Of a stretch of DNA of 64,000 nucleotides, positions 38,250-50,500 are shown piece by piece (position 1 is the first letter of the stretch; each line of letters opens with the position of its first letter). Under the pieces are notes generated by a model. It was not told the origin of the DNA, made no database searches, and saw only the letters and a list, made by a program, of their open reading frames with translations. The position numbers and the translations under genes were made by a program. This stretch comes from Anthoceros angustus. Lineage: Eukaryota > Plantae > Anthocerotophyta. Where the stretch lies: NCBI GenBank assembly GCA_010909165.1, contig VJWM01000266.1:62001-126000 (forward strand), in the 5' to 3' direction.

Positions 38250-41200
38250 GGATGCGAGTTGCGGATCCATTCTCGTATCTGCGACACCTCGTAGGTCCCA
38301 TCCATCTTAGCCTAAGCTTCCTGGAAAGTCTAGGTATCGACTATCATATAGAAGAACCAAATCCCGTCCACGATAGCCTCTTGCTTCCTCAACCTCCCAT
38401 CATGCCTTCTTTTACGAGTTCACAGAATCCATTGCGTTTCTTCTAAAGCATCCTCCCTCGTTCTTCCTGCTCTATGAATGATTCTAGTCTAGCTACGGCT
38501 ATCCTCTCGGTCATCGTTCATCCTCCATGATCCATGGGTGGGTACTTCAAATTCCACGGGCATCACGGTGACATGCCATGTTAGATAATAAGGGTCTTCT
38601 TGGTGGTTACCTTCTCCATGATCCTGTAAGCCCATGCGAATGCAACTTAGCATCCCAATCATACATGTCCGATTACCTTGGTGAGGATTGTGCAAGCAAC
38701 CCATTCGTCTTCTCCGTCAATCCATTCGCTTTGGGGTTGTAGGGGTCGTCTTCGATGCGAATGTTGAAGTAGGTGGTTAGGGACTCAACGAGTTGAGGAA
38801 ATGTGTCCCCGGTCGTGACCAACTCTAAAGGACATCCATACCTGGTTATGATGTTCTCGAATAAAAATTTTGCTCTTCGTCCTTCCTTGCTTGACTTCCA
38901 CCATCTTGTACAATAATCCGTAGCCACCAAAATGTCTGCTTCGTCCATTGCGTTGGTGGTTTGATCGGTCCCTGAAATCGATTCCCCACTTCTCGAAGGT
39001 GCTAACGGTAAGATGTAGGTAAGAGGCCATTGTGTCGACAAGCGTAGGCCGCCCAACCCTCGACACGCATCACACCTCGGTGAACTCCACACATCCTTTT
39101 GCATCGTAGCCCACAAAACCCGGCATTCAAAATCTTCTTAACGGTCACTGCGAATAGTGTCCACCGCCTCTTACATGCATGCCTCCATGGCGACCTCCTT
39201 AACCGAGACAGTCGGATCTTCGTCGGCCCAAGTTTATGCAGGACACCTTCCCCTTAGGATAGTGCGGCTTTATGGAGAAAAACAGCCGCCCTTCCTGGAC
39301 AACCCATCCGGCATGATTCCATGCTCCGAGAATTTCGTACTTCACGCTCAACAAATATCGGGCATGAACGCCCCTCGCGTTCTAATCTCCTCCTTCCGGT
39401 GCCACGTCGCCTCCTCCTAGGACGTCGTTAGTAGCTCCGGATGGCGTGTATCCATCTCGTGCTCCATGGCGACCTCCTTCCTTGCTTCCTCAACTGCGTC
39501 GTCGCATGTTCTTCCTTCATTGTGATTTTATTCGCGGCTAGCCTCGTGTCTAGGTCCACTCGTGCTCCATGGCGACCTCCTCGACTTGCACCTCCATGGT
39601 GATTTGAGTGATTGCCCCAGATCAACTCTCCCTTGCAATTTCTTCAAACTTGTCATGAGCATCTCCTTCTTCGCCCTCTGGCGTGTCCACCTCCCTAGGG
39701 CCTCTCCTCGCGGCCTCATGGCGCCCGGCCACGACCTGTAGTGGGGGCCTTCCGTCGCTCAAAAGCGGTGCTCTCATGTCCGTTTTGCTTCCTTGCCAAC
39801 GTGTGGCCTCCACTTGCAGCCCTCACTGCTCACCCTTGAGGAGCATTCAGCCTCCTCCTTGCGCCCATGCTGGCGCCATCCTATCTCCCTCGGTTCCAGT
39901 TGTCCTGCTGCGGCTTTTCACACTGGCGCTCCCTTCTTGCTCATTTGGCCTCTCTGCGCAACAAGACTTGCTGATCAATTCTTAGGCCGTCTACAACATG
40001 CTCACGTCCTTCCCCTTGACCGGTCATGGCAACCAACTCCTCGTCGAAATCGGTCATCGTGGCTCAAGTCGCTCTCCGGTTTTCGAGAAATGAAATCAGC
40101 ATTCGATGTTGCTTCCACAGCCTAGTTTCTCGTCATAGTCAAACTCTTGCAGATGGTACCCATCGGCAATCCTTCGACAAATCGGCTTGTTGACAAGATA
40201 CTTCAGCAAAATGGTCAACATGAGCGTCACCTTGCAAGCAAGCGGATAGTGTCTAAACTTCTTACAGTAAATGATACCAAGACCCTCCGCTCCGTGGTTG
40301 AGTAGTTCTTTTCAGCATGAGTTCTACCATAGAAAATCGGATGATCCGTTTCTTCTCATCTTCGACTTAAGGCGGTCCCAATGGCATAGCGGACACATCC
40401 ACGTATACATGAAGCGGCTTCTCCCAATCGGCAAGTTGTGCGCTCACCAAGCTGTCCTTCAAGCTGAAAAGCCTCTGTCTTGCATTGGTCCATTCGAAGG
40501 TGTATCCTTCTTGGTCAATTGTGTCAACAAGGCTGCCTTCTTGGCGAAATCCTTGATGAACCTCACATATACCCTACTAGCCCTACAAAAGCTGCACTGC
40601 CTCACCGTTTGTGGTGCGTCCATCTCGACTATGCTACCTTCTCCTTATCTACCAATCCTCTCTGAGACTCGATGTGCTACAAAATGCCCTCGTCATGCCA
40701 AAATAACACTTCCGGATGAAGTTTCATGTTCGACTCCACGCAAAAACATTGCCTCAAATGGTCTAAATGCAGTTTCTCCCAAACATAAATCATCCGGAAT
40801 ACCTCCATGAACTTCTCGGAAAATCTCGGAATATCGCGTTCACCACCTGGAAAGTGGCGGGGCATTGCACAACCGAAGGAGCTTGAATAATAAGTTCCCC
40901 AATCCGTTGTGAGCGTTGTCTTGTCACGATCCTCCTTCCGAAATTTGATTGTACCGAATACCATCAAGCTGTACATCTCATGTCCATTCATGTCCAACAC
41001 TGTCCATGAAAGGTAAAGGGTGATGATCCTTCTTCGTTGCTTCATTGAGCTTCACGAAATCTTGACACACCGAACCTTTCCTGCTTCTTTGGTACAATCA
41101 CGATGGGGCGACCCACTCCTTTGAGCAGGATAAATCACCCCGACCTCAAGTATTGGTCGGTGATCCTTAACAACCATGGAATACTTGGGATTCAGCCTGT

Positions 41201-42100
41201 ATTGCTTGATCCTCACCGGAGTGCTGCCCTCCTTCAAATCGATTCGATGTATCCCCAGTTCTTCCGGTATCCCTGTCATGTCAGTAATCTTGAAGGCAAA
41301 CACATCGACATACTCTAAGCACCCTACGAAACTCTTCTTTTTCTATCTGGCCTAGGTACTTAGAAATCTTGACTACCTTGCTAGGTTCTAACTCTAGGTC
41401 TTCTCTACGCCGGGATCTACATATGTTCCTGCTGCCTATCTTGGTTCGGATCCCTCTTAGGAAAATCTCGATCATAAGCCACCCTTCCAAAAGGCTACTC
41501 CTTCTCTATGGGCCTCATCCTCGGACTCCTCTGACTTCCTCTATATGTAAGCAGGCATACACCAAAATCACTCTTTATTTGACCTCGGTGAGGACCCCGA
41601 TATGCTTTCCTTTGCCGAGCTTACCCCGTGCTACGAGGTGTACCGTCGGGGGGTTGCAGACTCCCCTCATAGGAGCCTTGCTCCATGACACAAAAGCAAT
41701 CGCCGGTCGTTTCTCTTGGACTTGAAGGTGATGCCACTCGACCAAAATCAAAAACACCGCGGTACCATACAACCAAGGCCTACCTATCAAAACCTTATAG
41801 CCTAAATCCGAAACCGCGCATCACAATGTAGGTAAGATGGAAGGTGAGTCCCAATTCACAGTGGGTACATTCTTGACACCCCCGGGCTTTCTCCTTATGC
41901 AGTCGGCCATCCGTAAAAATACTCGGGCGGGTGAAACTCGGTGAACCCAAGTTGATGAGCGTCTCCTCCGTCATCAAGTTGACTCCGATCCGAATCTAAT
42001 GGCACGTTGGGCACCAAACACCGCAATCTCAACCTCAATCTCGGGTGCCCCAAATCAATGAGTTCGACCACATTTACCTCCAGCGTTTCTCCTCCTCCTT
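38250..42100 (-). pseudogene. pol: Family C pol (PR ~41750-42050, RT ~40600-41300, RH ~40100-40450, INT ~38250-39300)
   Basis: VPNVPLDS, LIGRPWLY, HRIDLKEGSTPVRIKQYRLNPKYS, DRDKTTLTTDWGTY, LVATDYCTRW, FLFENIITRYGCPLEL, PYNPKANGLTEKTNGLL. Confidence 0.9.
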
Positions 42101-42399
42101 GAGATTCCCGATCGCCTCCTTCACAATTTTGCGGGATCTTGGACTCACATAGCAAGCATCTCAGTGACCACAAATTCGCGGTCAAGTAATGCGTTGGCGG
42201 AATTTTATCGACAAGTTTCCTCCCGCTTGCAGCCACAGCTGGTCGACTCCGACCTTATTGGTAAAGTTCGATTCCATGATCCCTCCTATCGGTGGGACCC
42301 ATACCGGCGGATCCACAATTTCGGCTCTGACCTCTTCCGTGTCGGGTGAGCTGTTTAGCTCATCTTCCGGCATTGCCGCCGCCACTTCTCGCTAATGTC

Positions 42400-45300
42400 G
42401 GGAGGAAGCGATTCGTTCCTCCTCCTGGCCCTTCGCGCCTACGGTGTCTGCCCCAGGTGCCGGCCGGGGTGATGCTGCCCTTTGGGTGGGCCCTCCTTCT
42501 CCTCTCGCGGCGCACGCGCGTCTCCGGAGGCCAGGTGAGTCGTCCCTCACCTTCCTCCTTCCTTTCCTCGTGCTCACGCCGTTTTCCGCATCCTTTCTCG
42601 GCGGCGATCGGTGGTCACCACAGCCACCATCAACCTTCATCCGCGCTCATCTCTCCTTCATACCCCTCTTCCACGATCCGATGTCACCTTTGGATCCGTC
42701 GGGGAATCATACTCCGCCTCCACCTTCAACCGGTGTCGTGGTCATGATCGCGGTTTCGGGATTGGTCGTGCCTCTTCCTGCGAGCTCGTGAACGACTGGT
42801 CTGGTGTCACTCGCGCCACTCCCGTACACCTAGGATCCCCCATCTTATGTCCCAATTCCTTACATACAGCAAAGGGTACATAACCTACTTCCGTGGTTAC
42901 GGGCATTCGTTTGAGTAGTGACACAGTGCTCGCAATTATAACAACACCACTGGAATGCCATCGCCTGCGATGGATCCGGTCTCCATTGTCTGGCGATGTC
43001 GGTCGTGATCCATACCTTGAGGGCGGTGTAGTCGGTTGGTAAGTCGCCCTCATTGATTGAGGTGGCCGACTTCGGTGTGCTCTGGTAGCTTCATCCACAT
43101 ACCAATAATCCTGGCATCGGTTTCCACATGATTTACGCATGTCGTGGTGCGCGAATACATTCCTTGGTGTGTCCCGTTTGATGATTGAGCAATACACCAA
43201 GCTGTCTGCGGTGAGGAGATCTTCGTGGAGCTTGATTCTTCACGCTTGACCTCTAACTCGGTCAACCTCTTGGTCAAAGCCTCCACTTGTCCCAATCCCT
43301 CCTCCTGCTGACGTTTCTCCCTTCTCCATCCGGACCGTCTTCCTTCCTCTCCTTCTCCAATGCGCGTTCCGCCTCTTCTTGTCGTTTTGACCTTCTCCGG
43401 TCCTTCTTCATTAAATCGTTCGTAGGCCTTCTCGATTCCTCATCCGATGTGGAGCTTTCTTGAGTTCCGCTATCCTCACTTCGATGAGGAGAGGCGGCTG
43501 GAGGAGGAGAGGAAGGCGAGGAGCTAGATCTCCTCGATCCTTTCCTCTTCTTATGACCGCCTCTTCTTGTCGTTTTGACCTTCTCCGGGTCCTTCTTCAT
43601 TCGTCGTTCGTAGGCCTTCTCGATTCCTCATCCGATGTGGAGCTTTCTTGAGTTCCTGTCCTCACTTCGATGAGGAGAGGCGGCGGCTGGAGGAGGTAGA
43701 GGAAGGCGAGGAGCTAGATCTCCTCGATCCTTTCCTCTTCTTATGACTCGCCTCTTCTTCTCCTCCTCCCCAACTCGGCGGACTCCCATTCCTCGGCTAA
43801 GCGGAGGCGTCTTAGTCCACGTGCGGTGTACCTCCATTTTCGCGACAAGCCACTCACAAACCAATCCAACGCTTGCTCTTGTGAGTACCAGTGGGTGGAT
43901 CTCCGGCCTCTCGGGTGCACATTTGAACTCGATCGGATATCCATAAAACCTCTCCACATAATCGAACAAAGATTCTCGCTTCTTCCTTGAAGGGTTCTCA
44001 ACTTTGCCAAGTGTGGTGTGCGTGAGCCCTCGAACCGATTCAAGAAGGCTTTGAGCTTCCCAATCCGTGGCCACCGAATTATAGGTGCGACCATACCTTG
44101 TATGCCCTCTCGGCGATCCGGAAGATCGCGATCGATCGGCGACTCCATCCTCCAAATTAGCGTGGGAGGCGTGCTCGAAAGTTCTTACAAACGCCTCCGC
44201 GTCATCTCCCTTCTTCTTCGCGAATTTGGCGTATTCTTTGGCGACTATGGGTAGGCGGTCCTCCTCCTCCACCAACTCCACTCATGTTGCTCGCGTTACG
44301 CACCCCTCTCTTCGGGGGTAACGAAACATCGGGATCCTTGAGCACGAAATCTTCTACCAGGAGTAGCGACCTCCCTCTGGTCGTCCCAAAGATCAATCGA
44401 TCGAGATTCGATCGAGTCGTTCGCCAAATCCTCCGACCAAGCTGAAATTCCCGCTCACGGCGACCTCGTCGTCATATCATTTGGAAGATGAGGTGGTGTC
44501 ACGCTTTGAGAAGCAAGCGTCGCGGGCGCGACGTGAGTCGTGCTCGGAGGCGCCTCTTCCTTCGGACACCAATTCTCTTCTTCGACCTCCTTCCTCTCGG
44601 CCGGTGATCTCGCCTCTTCTTCCTCCTTCGTCGAGGCGACTTCCTCCGTCACGTCTCTACTTCCTCCTGCTGCCCTCGAGTAGCGGCGGACTCCCATTCC
44701 TCGGCCAAGCGGAGGCGTCTTCGTCCACGCTGCGGTGTACCTCCATTTTCGCGACAAGCTCACAAACCAATCCAGCGCTCTTGTGAGTACCAGTGGGTGG
44801 ATCTCCGGCCTCTCGGGTGCACATTTGAACTCGATCCGGATATCCGTAAAACCTCTCCACATAATCGAACAAAGATTCTCGCTTCTTCCTGAAGGGTTCT
44901 CAACTTTGCCAAGTGTGGTGTGCGTGTGAGCCCTCGAACCGATTCAAGAAGGCCTTTGAGCTTCCCAATCGTGGCGCCACGAATTATAGGTGCGACCATA
45001 CCCTATGCCCTCTCGATCCGGAAGATCGCGCGATCGATCGGCGACTCCATCCTCCAAATTAGCGTGGGAGGCGTGCTCGAAAGTTCTTACAACGCCTCCG
45101 TCATCTCCCTTCTTCTTCTCGAATTTGACGTATTCTTGGCGACTGGGTATGGCGGTCCTCCTCCTCCACCAACTCCACTCATGTTGCTCGGAGGCGCCCT
45201 TCCTCTCGGTCAACCTCTTCTCCTTGGAGTACGAAACAATCGGGATCCTTGAGCACGAAATCTTCTACCAGGAGTAGCGACCTCCCTCTAGTCGTCCCAA

Positions 45301-45700
45301 AGATCAATCGATCGAGATTCGATCGAGTCGTTCCAAATCCTCCGACCAAGCTGAAATTCCCGCTCGGCGACCTCGTCGTCATCGTTTTGGAAGATGAGGT
45401 GGTGTCACGCTTTGAGAAGCAAGCGTCGCGGCGCGTGGCGCGGGTGGTGGAGCTCGCGCCTTCCTTCTCGTCTGGACACCAATTCTCTTCTCGACCTCCT
45501 TCCTCTCGGTCGGTGATCTCGCCTCTTCCTCCTCCTTTCTCATCGTTCCGCCTCCTTCGTCGAGGCGACTTCTTCCGTCGCGTAACTCTACTTCCTCCTG
45601 CCCTCGAGTAGCGGCGGCTCTTCCCTTAGCGATTCTTCGGGCTCGTAAATCTCTTGCGGTGAGGTGGTGACCTTCGCGTCTCGAGATCGACCCCTATGCA
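42400..45700 (-). pseudogene. gag: Family C gag (N-terminal ~1 kb duplicated)
   Basis: KFAKKKGDDAEAFVRTFEHASHAN, ESLFDYVERF, GQVEALTKRLTELEVK, zinc knuckles; matches the better preserved copy at 55890..57155. Confidence 0.85.
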
Positions 45701-45895
45701 CGCAACCATCCTCATGTCCTCCAACCCACGGTGTTAAGAAGGAAGCAAACACACCCCTTTAGTGTCTCAACCATTCACCCCTATGACAACTTAGGCGGCT
45801 TCCTTCTTCACAACATATGGTGACCCTCGGTCCCTTTGAAAAACATTACGCAGCCTAGCGATGGAAACCACAAAACTTCAAACTTTCAACAACAA

Positions 45896-45913
45896 GTCCC
45901 GACAGCAGCGCCA
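45896..45913 (-). promoter_or_regulatory. PBS of family C (Asp-like variant)
   Basis: Minus strand CCACA-TTTT-TGGCGCTGCTGTCGGGAC. Confidence 0.75.
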
Positions 45914-45917
45914 AAAA

Positions 45918-46955
45918 TGTGGTAGGGAATCAGGGCACTCCCGAGGTCCTCCCACTATAAGCGGCCACACTTATCCCTTTGCGCTCGTTGGGTTTCGTCC
46001 CATGAGACTTGTGTGAAAGTTCGAGGTCTTGTGATATTCTACTCTCCCTTTCTGCATGCACCCTTGCCTTTGCTTGAAAAATCACCAACCCTCGACCTAC
46101 AACGACACAACACAATTGCGAGGCCACCTTTAGCGGGAGCCTATCACGGGCGCCCAGGACCCCTGATCCACACCGATTTTGTCCCTACTTCTAAGACCAC
46201 TCTTCTCCACTCGGGGCGCTCTTTTACTTGCAGTTGGGATTCGTCCCTTAGGCTCTGTGGCCTTCCACTAACACCTACACCTCTAATCCTCTACTCATCT
46301 TCTCATCCTCTTCCTCCTATTCTAACCTCGATTCGGGCTTCTTGACTCGCCCTTACGGCTGGCGCACAGGGTCGGCCTCCACCGGCAAGTTCTTCCTTGG
46401 GCGGTTGCTATGAGTTTGACACCACGTGAGAACCTCGAGTCTTTCCTGTAGTCTACCCTCAAGCCGAGTTCTCACAGGCATTTGCCACACACCCAAAGCA
46501 AAGCAATTTCACAACCATTCACAAGGGAGCAACTCGTTTAGGCACTTGCGTGAGCAAGTCCTCCACCAAGCACTCCGACCACCGCGACTTCCTCTCGGCC
46601 GGGCCTTTTGCGTTGGCTCACGGTACGAAATTCCTCTGTAATGGCAAAGGACTCGATGGCGTGGGCGCAAGACATGATACTTTACTTTGTGAAATCCTCC
46701 TCCTCTTATAGGAGGCCTTCCACATACAACCTCCCTTAGGTGACCCTCTGCAGTCACCTTTTCCAATTTCTATTATTTCCTACATGACATTTAATGCGGC
46801 ACCTAAATCTATTATGTCTTGGTAAATTCTATTCTAACTTCACCTAAGACCATCCTTAAAGGATGTCGGTCTACACCACCTATCCTTCCCATTCCCCAAA
46901 GCTCATTTATGGTCATTGACCATTCTTAGTCCTTATCTTCTTTGGGGTGGTGACA
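45918..46955 (-). repeat. Family C LTR (~1.04 kb; outer boundary tentative)
   Basis: The inner end is fixed by CA plus PBS. The outer end is placed at minus TGTCACC. TATA-like CTATAAG at ~46705 and AT-rich U3 at 46760-46950. No second copy is available to confirm. Confidence 0.6.
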
Positions 46956-47569
46956 TGTCCTTGTGGATTGGCTCCCTCGCCCTCCTTTTGCTCTGTCCCT
47001 TCCCGGATCTTGTCGCTTCCTAATGTGTGGGGCAAGTACAATCACCCCTTCCTCCATCTCAGGCGGCGCCTGATTCCTCTTCTCCATCGCGCCCCCCTCC
47101 GCGCGCCTTTTCTCCAGCCTCGTCGCTGGTCGCGCCCGTTCATCGGCACCCTACGCGGTAGTCGGCGGACTAGGTGGTGACTACCTACCATGGTGGTACC
47201 CTTCTTCTTCTTTCTCCATCGGTGTCTCTTGGGTCAGATCTTGCTCCTTTCCTCTTGTTTGTTTGTCCATACCTATCATGAGCATTCTTCAAAATCTTCC
47301 CCAATTGTCGGTGATGTCTAACTCTCGGGCCCTTTTTGCCTCCTCCAGCCTGGCTCCTCCCTTATCGTGGGCGAGGAACTTCTCACCCTCCCTTCCTCGG
47401 GTCGGACCCCGTCCTTAGTCTCCTCGGTGGGGTTGTCTCCACCACCTCATGCTCCTCAGGGGTATACTCGGACCCCGGCTCCTTCATCCTCGGCCGGGCC
47501 TTGGCCCGACTCCCCACTCGCGGCGCCTACCGGTGGCGGACTACGTGGTGTGTGTCTACGGTAGTGGCG

Positions 47570-50500
47570 GACTAGGTGGTGGTCACCCAGTGGTGGGTCC
47601 CCTCCTTGCTCTGCGCCATCTTCCACCTTTGGCGCTCACGGTGCTCCCCATCTCGACTCCTCAGTTCCTCGAGTCCATTTCGTGATGGCCTCATCAAAAT
47701 CGGAGGCCTCAGGCTGCACTTCTCCTTCATCATCATCATGAGGACCCAATGTCCTCCTCTTGGCCAAGCAAGACTCATTGTTGGCCTTCAAAATTCTATT
47801 GTGGAGGTGAGCCCCAAGCTATGATATTGCATTTGGAGATCATCAATCTCCGTGGGCCACTCTCCATCTTCACACCTACCTTGTAGGCGTCCCTTGAGGT
47901 GGTCAATTCCCCACCTTGACATGGAGGTCACATTCTCCTCCCTCACTTCCTTTGGTTGGCCAATTTTGCGAAGGGCATAACCAAAATCTCCTTCTCACCG
48001 GCATTCCATGCACCACCTTCTTGTGGTACTCCTCCTCTGGACCTCCTTTGTTCCATTTTGAGCAAGCCCTCTCCTCTGCCAAGCACTCTTTTCGCTCAAT
48101 TCTTGGTCTTGGTCTTGAGCCTCGCTCGGCGCTTCTCTTCCAAATTATCAGGGTCCTTCTCAATTCTTCTCTCATGTCCGGATTTTGATGGCTTGGGTAG
48201 CCATCACACTTCTTCTTGGCGTCCATTCTTTGGACCGCTACCTTCTCCTAGCCTCTGTTTTGCCCTTCGCTCTTGCTCTAATTGGGCAAAATGCTCCTCC
48301 GCCTCCATGAATCCCGTTGGGTTGTTGCCGAATGGCTCTTTCTTGACTTTGACAACCTTCCCTCTAGGACCTTCTCGCTCTGCTGGTCCATGAGTCCATG
48401 GAGCTTCTCCTGACCTTTCCAACTGCCTTTTCGTCGGACTCCATGGCCTCCAATTGCCATTTGGTCCTGCCTTCCTCCGGCCATGTCTTGAGATTTCACT
48501 TCCTTCTTGGCATGCCCACAAGGAGGCTGCTAGCTCTAGCCCCTTCAAATCCACATGGTGAGTGCTTCACAAGCACTCGGCCCTTCTAATTCTTCTTCTT
48601 TGGAAATCTCCAGCTCACTCTCGGGCCATCCGTGGCCTGGTCACGTCGCTCCATCCGCTCTCCCCAGCGGTGAGATGGTGGCCTCGGCGCCGCCCGCGGC
48701 TTCTCGCTTCTCCTTCCCTTCCACTGGTGCTGGCGTGGGGTGCTCTGCTCTGAGTGGGCTGCTCCCCCCCTGGTGATGCCTACCTACCATGGTGGGGTGC
48801 ACCTACCGCGGTGGGCTGCTCCCCGGTAGTCGCCTACCTACCATGGTGGCCTCTACAGTGCCCACCCTTGGGTGGCGCCTCCCCTGGGGAGTGAGGGGTG
48901 CCTCTCTCGTAGGCACAAGGAGATGGTGGGGACTCCCCACTCCTTGGGCATCACCCCTCCTGTGGTCCTTCTCTCATAGACCACCATTCGGCCTTCCTCG
49001 GCGGTTCTTCTCTCCCTTGCTTGCTCACAGGAAAGATTCCCACTCGGCAACCTTGTTGTTGCCCGAATGGCTCTTTCTTGATGACAACCTCCCTCTAGGA
49101 CCTTCTCCGCTCTCCGCTGGTCCATGAGGTCGCGGAGCTTCTCCTGACCTTTTCGGCTTGGCTGCCTTTTCATCGGACTCCATGGCCTCCAATTGCCATT
49201 TGGTCCACCTGCCTTCCTCCGGCCATGTCTTGAGATTTCACTTCCTCTTGGCATGCCCACAAGGAGGCTGCTAGTCCTAGCCCCTTCAAATCCACGGTGA
49301 GTGCTTCACAAGCACTCTCCTCTAGGGTCCTAATTCCACCCCTTCTTCTTCTTCTTGGAAATTTCCAGCTCTCCGCCTCTCGGGCCATCCTTGGTGTCCC
49401 CCCCTCACGTCGCTCCATCCGCTCTCCCACGCGGAGATGGTGGCCTCGGCGCCGCGGCTTCTCGCTCTTCTCCTTCCCTTCCCTGCACCGCCTGGCGTGG
49501 GGTGCACCTGCGGTGGGTGCTCCCCCCCTGGTAGTGCCTACCTACCATGGTGGTGGCGCCTCCCCTGGTGATGCCCACCCTTGGGTGGGCGCCTCCCCTG
49601 GGGGTAGGCGGTGCCTCTCCTAGGCACAAGGAGATGGTGGGGACTCCCCACTCTCGGGTCACCCCTCCTGTGGTCCTTCTCTCATAGACTACCATTCGGC
49701 CTTCCTCGGCGGTTCTCTTCCTCTCCCTTGCTTGCTCACAGTGGGGAAAAGATTCCCACTCGGCAACCTTGTTGCCTCCACATCCTCCTCTTGCTCTAGC
49801 ATGCTTGTGGAGTCGACCTCCCACCGTCTTCCTCAATGCAAAGGCAAAGGCCTTTCCAACTCTTGCAGTCTTGGTCTTGAGCCTCGCTGGCGCTTCTCTT
49901 CCAAATTACGGGTCCTCAATTCTTCCTTCATGTCCGGATCTTGATGGCTTGGTAGCCATCACACTCTCTTGCGTCCATTCTTTGGACGCTACCTTCTCCT
50001 TCCGAGCCTCTGTTTTGCCCTTCGCTCTTGCTCTAATTGGGCAAAATGCTCCTCATATACCTCCATGAGTCCCGTTGGGTTGTTGCCGAATGGCTCTTTC
50101 TTGATTTGACAACCTCCCTCTAGGACCTTCTCGCTCTCCGCTGGTCCATGAGTGAGCTTCTCCTGACCTTTTCCTTGGCTGCCTTTTCGTCGGACTCCAT
50201 GGCCTCCAATTGCCATTTGGTCCTGCCTTCCTCCGGCCATGTCTTGGGCTTTCACTTCCTCTTGGCATGCCCACAAGGAGGCTGCTAGCTCTAGCCCCTT
50301 CAAATCCACGGTGAGTGCTTCACAAGCACTCGGCCAATTCTCCTAGGGTCCTAATTCCACCCCTCTTCTGGAAATCTCCAGCTCTCACTCCGGGCCATCA
50401 GCGGTGAGGTCCCCTCACGTCGCTCCATCCGCTCTCCTCCAAGCGGGATGGTGGCCTCGGCGCCGCCTTGGCCTCCTTCCCTTCCCTTCCCTTCCCTTCC

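Larger units (their letters stand above)
36851..46955 (-). mobile_element. Ty3/gypsy non-chromovirus (Athila-like) family C: 5' LTR, PBS, gag, pol and truncated 3' region
   Basis: LTR end ...CCACA followed by an Asp-like PBS. Gag and pol are homologous to, but distinct from, family B. The segment 36851-37250 is repeated at 37715-38100, with family A sequence between the two copies. Confidence 0.87.

Noticed and set aside
46096-46108. CCTACAACGACAC shared between the C LTR and the B U5 (14121)
   Set aside because: It has the opposite orientation relative to each element and no flanking similarity, so it may be chance.
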